From an uncultured Gemmatimonadaceae bacterium (GTDB taxonomy: Bacteria > Gemmatimonadota > Gemmatimonadetes > Gemmatimonadales > Gemmatimonadaceae): a DNA stretch of 64,000 nt. Shown piece after piece: positions 37,703 through 47,314 of this stretch; position 1 is the first letter of the stretch; every line of letters begins with the position of its first letter. The stretch covers positions 1-64,000 of the forward strand of contig CAWAGQ010000007.1 of the NCBI GenBank assembly GCA_963781585.1, given 5' to 3'. A program made the position numbers and the translations under genes. Below the pieces are notes generated by a model. It did not search any database, had not been told where the DNA came from, and worked only from the letters and a program-made list of their open reading frames with translations.

Positions 37703-40359
37703 GATCTGTGCTGACTCTGCTGGTGCGACTGTTCCCGTCTGCGTTCCGGGAGCAGTTCGGCGCGGGGATCACCGAGCAGGTCGAGCGCGACTATGACCGC
37801 GCGCGGTCGCGCGGATTCCCGGCGGCGCTCTGGTGCACGCTTGTCACGGCGCTGGATCTCGTTCGATCGGCCGTCGCCGAGCGATGGAGTCCCACCTGGG
37901 TGAGCGCACCTCCGCCTACGATGAAGGAGAGGAATATGCGGTCGACCCTGAGTGAATGGGCACGGGACCTGCGCCACGCGTCGCGCTCGCTCAGGCGATC
38001 TCCCGGATTCGCGGCGGTGACGATCGGAACCCTCGGCCTCGCGATCGGCGCCAATGCGGGCATGTTCAGCGTGGTCGATGCCGTCCTGTTGAAGCCTCTG
38101 CCATACGGCCACGCCGATCGACTCGTATACATCGCGGCCTCCGCACCGGGTTCCGATTTCCCCGCGGAGTTCGGCGTGTCGTCCGAGTTCTACGTGCAGT
38201 ACAAGGAGCAGTCGCGTCTGCTCGAGGACGTCTCGACGTTCAACTCGTTCACCAACACGCTGCGCGCGGGCGACCGTGTGGAGCGCGTCCGGATGTCGTG
38301 GCCCACGAACTCGCTGTTCTCGACGCTTGGCGCGAAGCCGATCCTCGGTCGGCTGCCGGTGGCGGACGATGGGAGCCGCGTTGCCGTGATCAGCTACGCA
38401 CTCTGGACGACGTGGTTCGGCCGCGACTCGGCGGTCATTGGGCGGTCGTACGAGATGGGTGGCGCTCCCCGAACCGTGATCGGCGTGATGGGACCGGAGT
38501 TCCGCTTCCCCAACGACGGCACGCTCCTCTGGCTCTCGAGTGAAATCACTGGCGACTCGATCGTCCCGGGTCGGTTCGGGACATCGCTCGTGGGTCGGAT
38601 GAAGCCGGGCGTCACCACCGAGACACTGGCGAAGGAACTCACCACGCTGTCCAGGCGCCTGCCGGAGCGCTTCGGCGGATCGCCGGCGTACGCGCGCCTG
38701 ATTTTGCAGCACCGCGCCGTCGTGCGCCCGCTCGAGGAGCAGCTCCTGGGTCGCGTTGCCTCTCCGCTCTGGGTGCTGGTTGGGGCGGTCGGCTTTGTCC
38801 TGCTGATTGCGTGTGCCAACGTGGCGAACCTGTTCGTGGTGCGCGCCGAGGGGCGGCAGCGCGATCTGGCCGTGCGTCGCGCCATCGGAGCTGCCAGAGG
38901 GCAACTCATCCGCCTGCAGATCTCGGAAGCGGTCGTGGTCGCGACGTTCGCGGGCGTCTTCGCCGTGATGTTCGCGATCGCGGGACTTCCGACGTTTCTC
39001 CATGCCGCGCCCGCGGGGATTCCGCGCCTCGAGGACGTGGGGATCAATGCCACGACGCTGCTGTTCACGGTGACCGCCGTGCTGCTCTCGGCCATCGCCT
39101 GCGGCATCGGTCCGGCCGTTCGGGCTTCCGCGCCGGACCTCGCGCGGCTCCGTGAAGGAGGGCGCGGCGCGACGCACCGACGAAGCTGGGCGCGTGACAG
39201 CCTGGTGATCGGGCAGACGGCGCTGGCGCTCGTGCTGCTCATCGGGTCGGGACTTCTCATCCGCAGTTTCCGTGCACTCAGCCACGTCGACCCCGGCTAC
39301 AGCACGAAGGATATCTTCACGTTCCAGATTGCGCCGGACCAGCCGCAGCTGAAGGACGGTCCATCATTCGCGCGCTTCGATCTGGATTTCGTGGATCGTC
39401 TCCGGGCGCTCCCGGGCGTGGAATCGGTAGGCCTGGTGGAGAACGTGCCGCTCAACGAGGGAACGGCGAGCGCGCATTTTCTCAGTGAAGCGATGGTCGG
39501 TGGTGACGGTGTGCTGCTGAACTACACTTTTGCCGCTGGCGACTATTTCAGGACGATGGGCATCGACCTGCTGCGCGGCAGAACGTTGGAGAGAGCCGAG
39601 GAGACGTCGTGGCGTGGGAACGTCGTCATCAGCCAGTCGGCAGCGAGGCTGCTGTGGCCCGGCGAGAATCCCATTGGCCGGCGAATGCAGCAGCGGGGAG
39701 ACTCCACATGGGTGACGGTCGCGGGCGTGGTCGAGGACGTGATGCAGTACGGCTTCCGCGACACGCCGCAGCCGCTCGTCTATCTGCCTCTCGTCGGACC
39801 CACCCCGACGAGCTGGTTCATCTCCTCGCCGGCGTATGTGGTGAAGACGCCGCGGGCCGAGCACATCGCACCCGACGTGCTCGCACTCGTGAGGCAGGTG
39901 GCGCCGGAGGCGCCGATGTACCGCATCTTCACCATGGCGGGCCTGGCGGCGGACTCGATGGTGCAGTTGTCGTTCACGATGCTGACCCTCGGCATCCTGT
40001 CCACGCTGGCGCTGATCCTCGGTGCGGTGGGACTCTACGGCGTGCTCTCGTACATCGTCACCGAGCGGACGCGGGAGATCGGTCTCCGGATGGCGCTCGG
40101 CGCCAGGGGCGAGCAGGTGCGGCGCATGGTGGTCGTGCAGGGAGCACGACTGGTCGCGGTGGGGGTGGTCCTCGGCATCGTGGTCGCCGTGGCCTCCACG
40201 CGCATCCTCGGGAGTCTGCTCTTCGGTGTCGCGGCGCTCGACACGGTTACCTTCATGGCGATGTCTGCTTCAATGGTCGCGGTCGGGCTGCTGGCGAGCT
40301 ACCTGCCGGCGCGGCGCGCGTCCAACGTAGACCCGATCGAATCGCTGCGTGGCGAGTGA
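37699..40359 (+). CDS. ADOP-type duplicated ABC permease with N-terminal extension
   Basis: About 80-aa extension (LFPSAFREQFG), then DLRHASRSLRRSPGF, two FtsX repeats and PARRASNVDP. Confidence 0.92.
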   Translation: MRSVLTLLVRLFPSAFREQFGAGITEQVERDYDRARSRGFPAALWCTLVTALDLVRSAVAERWSPTWVSAPPPTMKERNMRSTLSEWARDLRHASRSLRRSPGFAAVTIGTLGLAIGANAGMFSVVDAVLLKPLPYGHADRLVYIAASAPGSDFPAEFGVSSEFYVQYKEQSRLLEDVSTFNSFTNTLRAGDRVERVRMSWPTNSLFSTLGAKPILGRLPVADDGSRVAVISYALWTTWFGRDSAVIGRSYEMGGAPRTVIGVMGPEFRFPNDGTLLWLSSEITGDSIVPGRFGTSLVGRMKPGVTTETLAKELTTLSRRLPERFGGSPAYARLILQHRAVVRPLEEQLLGRVASPLWVLVGAVGFVLLIACANVANLFVVRAEGRQRDLAVRRAIGAARGQLIRLQISEAVVVATFAGVFAVMFAIAGLPTFLHAAPAGIPRLEDVGINATTLLFTVTAVLLSAIACGIGPAVRASAPDLARLREGGRGATHRRSWARDSLVIGQTALALVLLIGSGLLIRSFRALSHVDPGYSTKDIFTFQIAPDQPQLKDGPSFARFDLDFVDRLRALPGVESVGLVENVPLNEGTASAHFLSEAMVGGDGVLLNYTFAAGDYFRTMGIDLLRGRTLERAEETSWRGNVVISQSAARLLWPGENPIGRRMQQRGDSTWVTVAGVVEDVMQYGFRDTPQPLVYLPLVGPTPTSWFISSPAYVVKTPRAEHIAPDVLALVRQVAPEAPMYRIFTMAGLAADSMVQLSFTMLTLGILSTLALILGAVGLYGVLSYIVTERTREIGLRMALGARGEQVRRMVVVQGARLVAVGVVLGIVVAVASTRILGSLLFGVAALDTVTFMAMSASMVAVGLLASYLPARRASNVDPIESLRGE

Positions 40360-40449
40360 AGCGAGGCTCGCACGCTCCTCGGCCGGGTCGGGGGGACTCC
40401 GACGTACCCCTCCATCGTGGCGGCCTGGCGACGACCGCTCACCTGGCCG

Positions 40450-41535
40450 TCAGGAGTTGAGGCCGACGTAGGTGAAGACGAGGAGGAAGGCGATCGTGGC
40501 GAAGCCGGCGATACGCCAGGTCGGGCGGTACGCTCCGTCTTCTCCCGGCTTGTCGAGGAAAGGGATGAAGATGAGCAGCGAGGCGACGAGGCTGAACGCC
40601 ACGATTCCGAAGGCATCGCCATCGAGGCCGAGCACCTTGGCGGGGAGGTACTTCAGCATCTGGTACGGCGCCATGAAGTACCACTCGGGCTTGATACCAG
40701 CGGGGGCCGGACTGAACGGGTCGGCTTTCGTCCCGAGTTCGCCGGGGAAAAACACCGCGAGCGCGGCGATGGTGCCGAGGGCGAGGAGCCACCCGATGAG
40801 GTCGTGGAGCAGAAAGTTCGGCACGAACGGCACGGAGCGCGGCGCGCCCTTGCGCTCCACGCCCGGCGGCACGCTCATCCCGAGACGTTGCACCAGCAGG
40901 ACGTGTATCCCGAGAAACAGGAACGTGAGGCCCGGCAGCAGCGATGTGTGGAGCGCGTAGAAGCGGGTGAGTGTCGCGCCGGTCACGTCTGTCCCGCCCC
41001 GCAGCATGCGTTCGATGAATGGACCGATGCCGGGAACCACGCCGGCCATCGACGTGCCCACCCGCGTCGCGAAATAGGAGAGCGTGTTCCACGGCAGCAG
41101 ATAGCCGGTGAACCCGAGGCCGAGGGTGAGGCCGAGCAGGCCGAGGCCGCTCAGCCAGGTCAGCTCGCGGGGCGCGCGGTAGGCCTTCAGGATCCACACG
41201 CTGAACAGATGAATGAACAGCACGAAGATCATCAGGTTGGCGCCCCAGACGTGGATGGAGCGGATCAGCCATCCGAACTTGGCCTGCGTCATGAGGAACT
41301 GGACCGACTCGTACGCTTCGCCGGCGCTGGGCCGGTAGTAGAAGAGCATGAGGATGCCGGTACAGACCTGAATGACGAACAGGAACAGCACCATCCCGCC
41401 CAGGAAATACCAGACGCTGTGGCGGTGGACCGGCACCCGTTTCTTGTGGATGAGCGGGAGCACGTCGCTCATTCCGATGCGATCGTCGAGCCAGGTCCAG
41501 AGGCGGGCTCCGCGGCCGGCTGGTGGCTCGCCCAT
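40450..41535 (-). CDS. Cytochrome b subunit of a Rieske/cytochrome b (bc-type) complex
   Basis: Four heme-b His (IRSIH...FIHLF; YALH...GIHVL), GFTGYLLPW and the Qo motif KPEWYF. Confidence 0.95.
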   Translation of the reverse strand: MGEPPAGRGARLWTWLDDRIGMSDVLPLIHKKRVPVHRHSVWYFLGGMVLFLFVIQVCTGILMLFYYRPSAGEAYESVQFLMTQAKFGWLIRSIHVWGANLMIFVLFIHLFSVWILKAYRAPRELTWLSGLGLLGLTLGLGFTGYLLPWNTLSYFATRVGTSMAGVVPGIGPFIERMLRGGTDVTGATLTRFYALHTSLLPGLTFLFLGIHVLLVQRLGMSVPPGVERKGAPRSVPFVPNFLLHDLIGWLLALGTIAALAVFFPGELGTKADPFSPAPAGIKPEWYFMAPYQMLKYLPAKVLGLDGDAFGIVAFSLVASLLIFIPFLDKPGEDGAYRPTWRIAGFATIAFLLVFTYVGLNS

Positions 41536-41537
41536 CG

Positions 41538-41966
41538 TCAGGCTTCCTTGTTCACGACGATCTGGTCGCCGCGCACGTTCACGGCATACGGCGTGAGCGG
41601 CCTTGGCGGCGGCCCGGAGACGTTGCGGCCGTGGAGATCGTAGTGGCCGTTATGGCACGCGCACCAGATATCGGTATTCTCGGCGCTGTACTGCACGATG
41701 CAGCCGAGGTGGGTGCACACGGCAGTGAACGCGCGAACTTCGCCGGCCGAAGTCCGGATGATGAGGGCCGGCTCGTTGCCGAACTTGAAGATCTGGCCGG
41801 AGTTGGGTTTCAGATCCGACGGCTTCATCGTGAGCGTGACCGAGTTGACGGAAGACTCCCCGGCCTCGGGGGGCACGACGTAGCGAAACATCGGATAGAA
41901 CACCGCGATGAGCAGGCCACCGAACGTGGTGCCGAGCAGCCAGTCGATGAACTTCTTGCGGGTCAT
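41538..41966 (-). CDS. Rieske [2Fe-2S] subunit
   Basis: CTHLGC, CACHNG and GPPPRPL; Tat-like anchor MTRKKFI. An alternative coupled TTG start lies at 42074. Confidence 0.93.
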   Translation of the reverse strand: MTRKKFIDWLLGTTFGGLLIAVFYPMFRYVVPPEAGESSVNSVTLTMKPSDLKPNSGQIFKFGNEPALIIRTSAGEVRAFTAVCTHLGCIVQYSAENTDIWCACHNGHYDLHGRNVSGPPPRPLTPYAVNVRGDQIVVNKEA

Positions 41967-42070
41967 GGCGGTCGGGTGCGGAGTGGTGTGTCGAAGCGGA
42001 TCTGCCGAGCCGCGGAGCGTTAGGCGGTCTTCGTGAGCGGCCGGACGCGCGTCACCCTCGGCCCCCGGCG

Positions 42071-43423
42071 TCAACGGGTCCTCTTTCCAGTCGTGACATG
42101 CTCGTCCTCCTCGTCGCGCTGCTCGGCCTCGATCATGCGGAGCCGGAGCCAGAGGGTGCCAGCGAGTCCGAGAATGATAGGCACGGAGATGGCCAGGCCG
42201 AGGCGCCGATACCGGTGTTCCGCGAGCGCGGCCTGGCCCTGACCGGCCGCCCCGGTGGCGGTCTTCAGGCCGACCGCGACCTGTTTCGCCACCGTATCCG
42301 CCCGGAACGAATGGACCGCGGTGCGCGCCTTCGTCAGTGCGGTGGTCACTTCGCTCAGATCGAACTGTGCCTGGCTCACGTCCATGCCCAGGTTGTTGGC
42401 CTCGTCGAGTACGTTCTGGCTGTGCTCCTGCGCCGTGCGCAACGAATCGAGCAGCGTCCGCATGGCGAGGAACTGGCGGCCGGCAGGAGTGTCGGCGTCG
42501 TGACACCGCTGACACACCGTGTGTGCGCGCGCGGTCAACGTCGTCTCCGCCGGCTGCACGATGTCGTGATTGCTGTGACAGGTGACGCACCCCGGAAGCT
42601 TGTTAGCCGTGAAGATGCTGTCGTGTCCGTTGGCGGCAAAGTAGTCGGCGACGGTCGAGTGGCACTGGCTGCAGACGTGGGGCACGTCCGCCACGCCTGG
42701 CGGGGTGGCGCCATGATTGCCGTGACAACTGTTGCAGACCGGCGCCGAAAGGTCGCCCTGCTTCAGCATGTCCTGGCCATGCACGCTCTCCGTCCACAGC
42801 CTCTGCTGGTTCGTCGGAATGTCGTAGCGCGCCATGCGCTTCGAATCCGAGTGGCAGCGGCCGCAGGTCTCGGGCACGTGCGTCGGGTACACGGAGGACG
42901 CCGGATCGGACGGCGGCAGGATGCGGTGCGCGGGGTGGCAGTCGATACAGGTCGCGACCGACGTGTCGCCATATTCGAGCAGCCGCTTGCCGTGCACGGA
43001 GGTGCGATACTCCGCCACCTGGTCCACGCGCAGCATCGGGTTGAAGCGCTTCATGAACCCGGCATCGGAGTGGCAGCGGCCGCACAGGATGGGGATGTCG
43101 CGACGGGCCGGCTTGGCCAGGAAACCCGCGCCCGGGGTGATGTTGCGCGGATCGTCGCCATGCTGCGTGACGTTGCCATGGCAGTCGAGGCAGCTGAAGC
43201 CCTTCTGCGCATGGATGTCGGTTTCGAAGTTCTTCGCCGGGGCCGACAACCGCTCATCCCGCTGCTTGAGGTGGCAGTCAATGCAAACCTGCGAGCTCGG
43301 TAGCTGCTGCGCCCATGCGCCCGCCGGGGCGGCCAGCAGCGCGACGAGCGTCAGCAGTGCCGGCGCGCGCACCAGCGCACGCGCTGCCCCCCGCCTCGTG
43401 ATTCGCACGCGGGGGCTACGCAC
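42071..43423 (-). CDS. Nonaheme cytochrome c with signal peptide, helical stalk and C-terminal membrane anchor
   Basis: Nine CXXCH motifs, AWA|QQ signal cleavage and C-terminal TM LGLAISVPIILGLAGTLWL. GTG start at 43423 or 43408. Confidence 0.88.
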   Translation of the reverse strand: MRSPRVRITRRGAARALVRAPALLTLVALLAAPAGAWAQQLPSSQVCIDCHLKQRDERLSAPAKNFETDIHAQKGFSCLDCHGNVTQHGDDPRNITPGAGFLAKPARRDIPILCGRCHSDAGFMKRFNPMLRVDQVAEYRTSVHGKRLLEYGDTSVATCIDCHPAHRILPPSDPASSVYPTHVPETCGRCHSDSKRMARYDIPTNQQRLWTESVHGQDMLKQGDLSAPVCNSCHGNHGATPPGVADVPHVCSQCHSTVADYFAANGHDSIFTANKLPGCVTCHSNHDIVQPAETTLTARAHTVCQRCHDADTPAGRQFLAMRTLLDSLRTAQEHSQNVLDEANNLGMDVSQAQFDLSEVTTALTKARTAVHSFRADTVAKQVAVGLKTATGAAGQGQAALAEHRYRRLGLAISVPIILGLAGTLWLRLRMIEAEQRDEEDEHVTTGKRTR

Positions 43424-44885
43424 CAGGGACCTTCGTGTGACAGAGCAGGCAGCTCTGCGGATTGCGCTGCTGCGCCCGCTTGGCATCGAAGCCGGCAGGG
43501 TGCGGATTGATTCCCCAGCCGCCGGTGGCGGAATGACACTGCGCGCAGCTGGCCTGCGTGTGACAGGCGGCGCAGGCCTCGAGCCCCTGCCGAGCGGCCT
43601 GGCCGTGGTTGAGCAGCCAGAGCGGCTGCGCGCTGTGGAACGGCGCGTTGGTGCGCGTGCGCGCGCCGTTTCCTGTCCGCATGTGACACGTGCGGCAGAA
43701 CGCTTCGGTGCTGTGACAGGCTGTGCACTGCGCGTCGCTGCCATAGGCCTCCGGACCGTGCTGCTCGACGAAGTTCGGCGGATGGTACTGTGCCTTCTGG
43801 CCCTGGTGACAGTCGACGCAGAAGCTGCGGGCGTGGCAGGCGGCACATGCGCCGCCTGCTGCGGCTTGGGCGGGGTGGTCTTTCAGGAATCCGGTTGCGT
43901 GAACCGGCCGCTGTGGGATATGCACCCCGAAAAGGGTGTCGGCTCCCGGCGCCGGCAGCGCGTCGATGGCCGGTGTCACGCCTGAGCGATGACAGGTCCG
44001 ACAACTCGCCTGGACGTGACAGTTGCTGCACGTTCTGGTGGCCGCCACAACGCCGCCCGTGCCGACCCCGCCACCACCGGCGACAGTACCGTGTTTCCAC
44101 TGCCACGTACCGGTGTCGTGGCTCGCCGGCTTCGGGTACGATGGCGCGCGTCCGCGCACCAGCGCGGCGATGCGGTCGTCGGGTTCGAGCGCGCGGATGG
44201 CCGGAATCGTGGCGGCATTGAAATGACAGCGCTGGCAGCTCTCCCGCGCGTGGCAGATGGCGCAGCGGCCAGTCGCGATGCCCGGAGTGGAAGGTGCGTG
44301 CTGCATCACCCAGTCGGGCGCCGCATGGTCGGTCGGTTTTGGCAGCATCTCGACTCGAAAAGCAGGCAACCGGGTGCGGACGAGTGCGACGTGGCACGTG
44401 GCGCAGCGCGCCGCCGTGTCCGTGTGCTCGGGAGCCGCATGCGCGTGGCATCCGATGCAATACTGTGGTTGAGGCCCGCTCACTGCCATTGCGCTCGTGT
44501 CTCCCGGCGTGCGGTGACAATCGAGACAGGTCAGCCGATCGCCGGCAGAGTCGATCGACTGTTGATGCCGCACGTGCGAGTAGGCCAGGTTGGAGATCCG
44601 TGGCGTCGGGCCCATCCAGCTCACAGGCGGCTGCACCGTGCCGTCGTGACAGTTCGCGCAGGCGCCGGACGGCGGGAACATCCTGGCCGTGTCGCCCGTC
44701 GGCACACCGGAATGGCACGTGGCGCACTGGGTAAACAACCCCGCGTGCCGGCGGTGTGGAAACTGCGGCGTTGCCGGCTGGGCATACGCGTCGGTCGCCC
44801 GGCCTGGCGCAAAGGGAGCCGTCTGCGCGGTAACGGTGACGAGGAGACCTATCAGGAGCGGTGAAGCGAGAGCAGCGACTCGCAT
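43416..44885 (-). CDS. 16-heme periplasmic cytochrome c
   Basis: Sixteen CXXCH motifs; Sec signal from ATG 44885 with AGGAGG RBS and TGATG coupling. Confidence 0.9.
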   Translation of the reverse strand: MRVAALASPLLIGLLVTVTAQTAPFAPGRATDAYAQPATPQFPHRRHAGLFTQCATCHSGVPTGDTARMFPPSGACANCHDGTVQPPVSWMGPTPRISNLAYSHVRHQQSIDSAGDRLTCLDCHRTPGDTSAMAVSGPQPQYCIGCHAHAAPEHTDTAARCATCHVALVRTRLPAFRVEMLPKPTDHAAPDWVMQHAPSTPGIATGRCAICHARESCQRCHFNAATIPAIRALEPDDRIAALVRGRAPSYPKPASHDTGTWQWKHGTVAGGGGVGTGGVVAATRTCSNCHVQASCRTCHRSGVTPAIDALPAPGADTLFGVHIPQRPVHATGFLKDHPAQAAAGGACAACHARSFCVDCHQGQKAQYHPPNFVEQHGPEAYGSDAQCTACHSTEAFCRTCHMRTGNGARTRTNAPFHSAQPLWLLNHGQAARQGLEACAACHTQASCAQCHSATGGWGINPHPAGFDAKRAQQRNPQSCLLCHTKVPGA

Positions 44886-46414
44886 CACATTCCTCCTGGC
44901 GCCGGCAACCCTGGCTCGGCGCCAAGGGCCCAGGTGCATGTGATGGTGGCGCGCAGCTGGCTCCAGTTCGGTCCGTTCTCCGGGACCCTTCCCACGTGTC
45001 GGTAATCGAAGACGGACGCGTTCAGCCGGCTGCGACTATTTAGGCGCAGTGCGCCATCCAGTCCTATTCCCACCACCGTGCCACTGCGCACACGCAGCTC
45101 GTCGGCTGTCTGGAAGGCCGTGCCGCTGAGGGCGACGGAATTGCCGTCCGCGAGGGAGCGACGCAACTGCAGACCTGCCCGGCTCCTCGCGGTGCCGAAA
45201 CCCAGGTCGAGACCGTACTGCGCATCCACGGCCCATTGCGGAGCGAGGCGGACCGCGCCGGAGCCGTTGAGCGACCACCCGCTGGAGTGCAGCGGTGCGA
45301 AGTCGACGGCGACGTCGGTATCGAGGTAGTGGCGGCGTGAGACCTGGCCGTCGAACGTGACCGCGCCGTCGCCGCGGCGCCAGCTCGCACCCGCTCCGCC
45401 GTCGACGTAGCCGACGGCGCCGAACGCGCCCCAGATGGTCCACAGATCGAAGTACGGCCGGTGTCGGCGGGCGAAGGCACGGACGGTCACACGCGGGTTG
45501 AGCGTGTAGTGAAACTGTCCGCGCAGCTCGTTCAGATCGGCCGTCGCCAGGTCGAGTTGAGCTGCCCAGTCGAACGACATCCGGTCGCCACGGAGCATTC
45601 CGTTCGTTGCCGCCCGCTCCGAATAGAGTCCGTTGCGATTCGCCGCAATGGTGCGCTCGTAGACGCCGGACAGCGACAGCGCCGGGACCGGCCGCGCCTG
45701 CGCGCGCAAGCCGAGAAGCACACCGCGCGACTCCGGGGCAAATGGCTCGACGGCCGCCAGGGCGCCACTGGTCACCGGCTCGTTGAGCCCGTTCTCCAGG
45801 GTCCATCCGCCGTACGCTTCGACGCTCAGCGCCCTCGTCGGGCGCAGCAGCACCGACGCGCCGTCGAAGTTGTTGAATGTCAGCCCGCTCACGTCCCACT
45901 GCCGGCCGGCACGCACGCGATACCGTGGGCGCTCCAGTTCGAGGTAGGCCTCCAGGGCGTCGAAATGGTCGTTGGCCTGCGGCCAGAGACTGTTGCTTCC
46001 TGCAACGACGGCCCGGCCGCGAACGTCGGCGTAGAAACGTACACCGCGTCCAAACCCCCACGCGCTCACGCGCAGATCCTGGAGCGCCGGTGCGGAGGAG
46101 GCCGTGGTTCCGCTCCCGTATACGTAGCAGTACGGCGCCGGATCGACGCACTCGACCGTGCGCCCGTCGGGGGCGCGGCGCAGCAGCGCATCACCCGTTG
46201 TGGTGGACGACAACACACTGTCGATCCGCAGCGGTCGCAGCTCCACGTAGTTCATGGTGGTGGTACCGCTGATCCGGACATGCTGTGCATCCACCCGCCG
46301 CGCGGAGACCAGCAAGGTGCTGAGGAGCGCGGCCACGAGCGTCCCGCGTGCGCGGAGCGACGCGCGACGCGCATCGATATCGAATCGAACGTCGAGAGGG
46401 CGCCGGGAATTCAT
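44885..46414 (-). CDS. Predicted outer-membrane beta-barrel (porin) of a porin-cytochrome module
   Basis: Signal peptide, many alternating amphipathic strands (EAYLELE, YRVRAGRQW, LSVEAYGGW, final LRATITCTWALG), no heme motif; translationally coupled between multiheme genes. Confidence 0.75.
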   Translation of the reverse strand: MNSRRPLDVRFDIDARRASLRARGTLVAALLSTLLVSARRVDAQHVRISGTTTMNYVELRPLRIDSVLSSTTTGDALLRRAPDGRTVECVDPAPYCYVYGSGTTASSAPALQDLRVSAWGFGRGVRFYADVRGRAVVAGSNSLWPQANDHFDALEAYLELERPRYRVRAGRQWDVSGLTFNNFDGASVLLRPTRALSVEAYGGWTLENGLNEPVTSGALAAVEPFAPESRGVLLGLRAQARPVPALSLSGVYERTIAANRNGLYSERAATNGMLRGDRMSFDWAAQLDLATADLNELRGQFHYTLNPRVTVRAFARRHRPYFDLWTIWGAFGAVGYVDGGAGASWRRGDGAVTFDGQVSRRHYLDTDVAVDFAPLHSSGWSLNGSGAVRLAPQWAVDAQYGLDLGFGTARSRAGLQLRRSLADGNSVALSGTAFQTADELRVRSGTVVGIGLDGALRLNSRSRLNASVFDYRHVGRVPENGPNWSQLRATITCTWALGAEPGLPAPGGM

Positions 46415-47286
46415 CGGGACGCACCCCCGGTCTGATTGGCCGAACCCTGGGGCGGTTGGAGCATGTGGCACCGGGCGCAGACCCGGCCCGGTTCATGGTT
46501 TACCCGGTCCGCATGGCAAAGGAGACATTCATCGCGCGACAGCGTGGCAACCTTCACTGGAGCGTTCTGGTGACATCCCGAGCCCGCGCACCCGTTGTGA
46601 GCGGCGTTGGTATGAACGCCGGCCGGCGGTGGTTGGTGGCAGGTGCGACAGTTGGCCTGGCCTTCGTGGTGCACGTGGCAGGATCCGCAGGCCTTCGTCG
46701 GCACGAGTTGCGGCTGGTTGATGTGGCAGTCCGAGCACTGCACGCTCGTGTGCCATCCGTGGTCGAAGGTCACGCTTCGCTGCCGCGGCGTGGGCCACAC
46801 CGACAGTTTCCATTCGAGATTGAGCGTCACGGGCCCGCGGCTCGCGGGCGCGGCATGGCAGCTCATGCACGGTCGTCCTTGCGCTGTGGCGTGATGGCAG
46901 CCGGCGCACTGATCCCCTGCGGGTGGCGGGCCCGTGGCGGGTACCGGGGCGTGGCATGACGTGCAGGCCACATTCGTGTGTGCCGCATGTCCCGGTACCG
47001 CGGCGTGGCAGCGCACGCATTGGAGGCTCCGGTGCTTCTCGTGCCGGAAGGCGTACGGACCCAGGGAAACGGCTACCCGAGAAGCCCGGGTCAAGGCGCT
47101 GGTTGGGACGGTCGGAGGCTGCGAGGAGGCGGCGGACGAGTCCACGGCCGTGGAGTCCCCCGAGGCGGCCATCCCTGAATCCCCGGCCGCCTGCTCGGGC
47201 GCCCGCGAGCATGAGAGAACCGCGACGGCCAGCATCAGCCAGCAGGAAACAACCCGCACAGACCCCTCGAGTCTGGTCCCGGGCAT
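46411..47286 (-). CDS. Multiheme cytochrome c lipoprotein (9 CXXCH + 1 CX4CH)
   Basis: VLSC lipobox, Ser/Ala-rich tether, dense heme motifs. Confidence 0.88.
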   Translation of the reverse strand: MPGTRLEGSVRVVSCWLMLAVAVLSCSRAPEQAAGDSGMAASGDSTAVDSSAASSQPPTVPTSALTRASRVAVSLGPYAFRHEKHRSLQCVRCHAAVPGHAAHTNVACTSCHAPVPATGPPPAGDQCAGCHHATAQGRPCMSCHAAPASRGPVTLNLEWKLSVWPTPRQRSVTFDHGWHTSVQCSDCHINQPQLVPTKACGSCHVHHEGQANCRTCHQPPPAGVHTNAAHNGCAGSGCHQNAPVKVATLSRDECLLCHADRVNHEPGRVCARCHMLQPPQGSANQTGGASR

Positions 47287-47314
47287 TAATAAGGATCGGC
47301 GCGTCCGCGCGCCA

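Noticed and set aside
43416..47286. Assigning mtrA/mtrB/mtrC symbols
   Set aside because: The architecture is analogous, but heme counts, sizes and motifs do not match what I recognise; orthology cannot be shown without searches.
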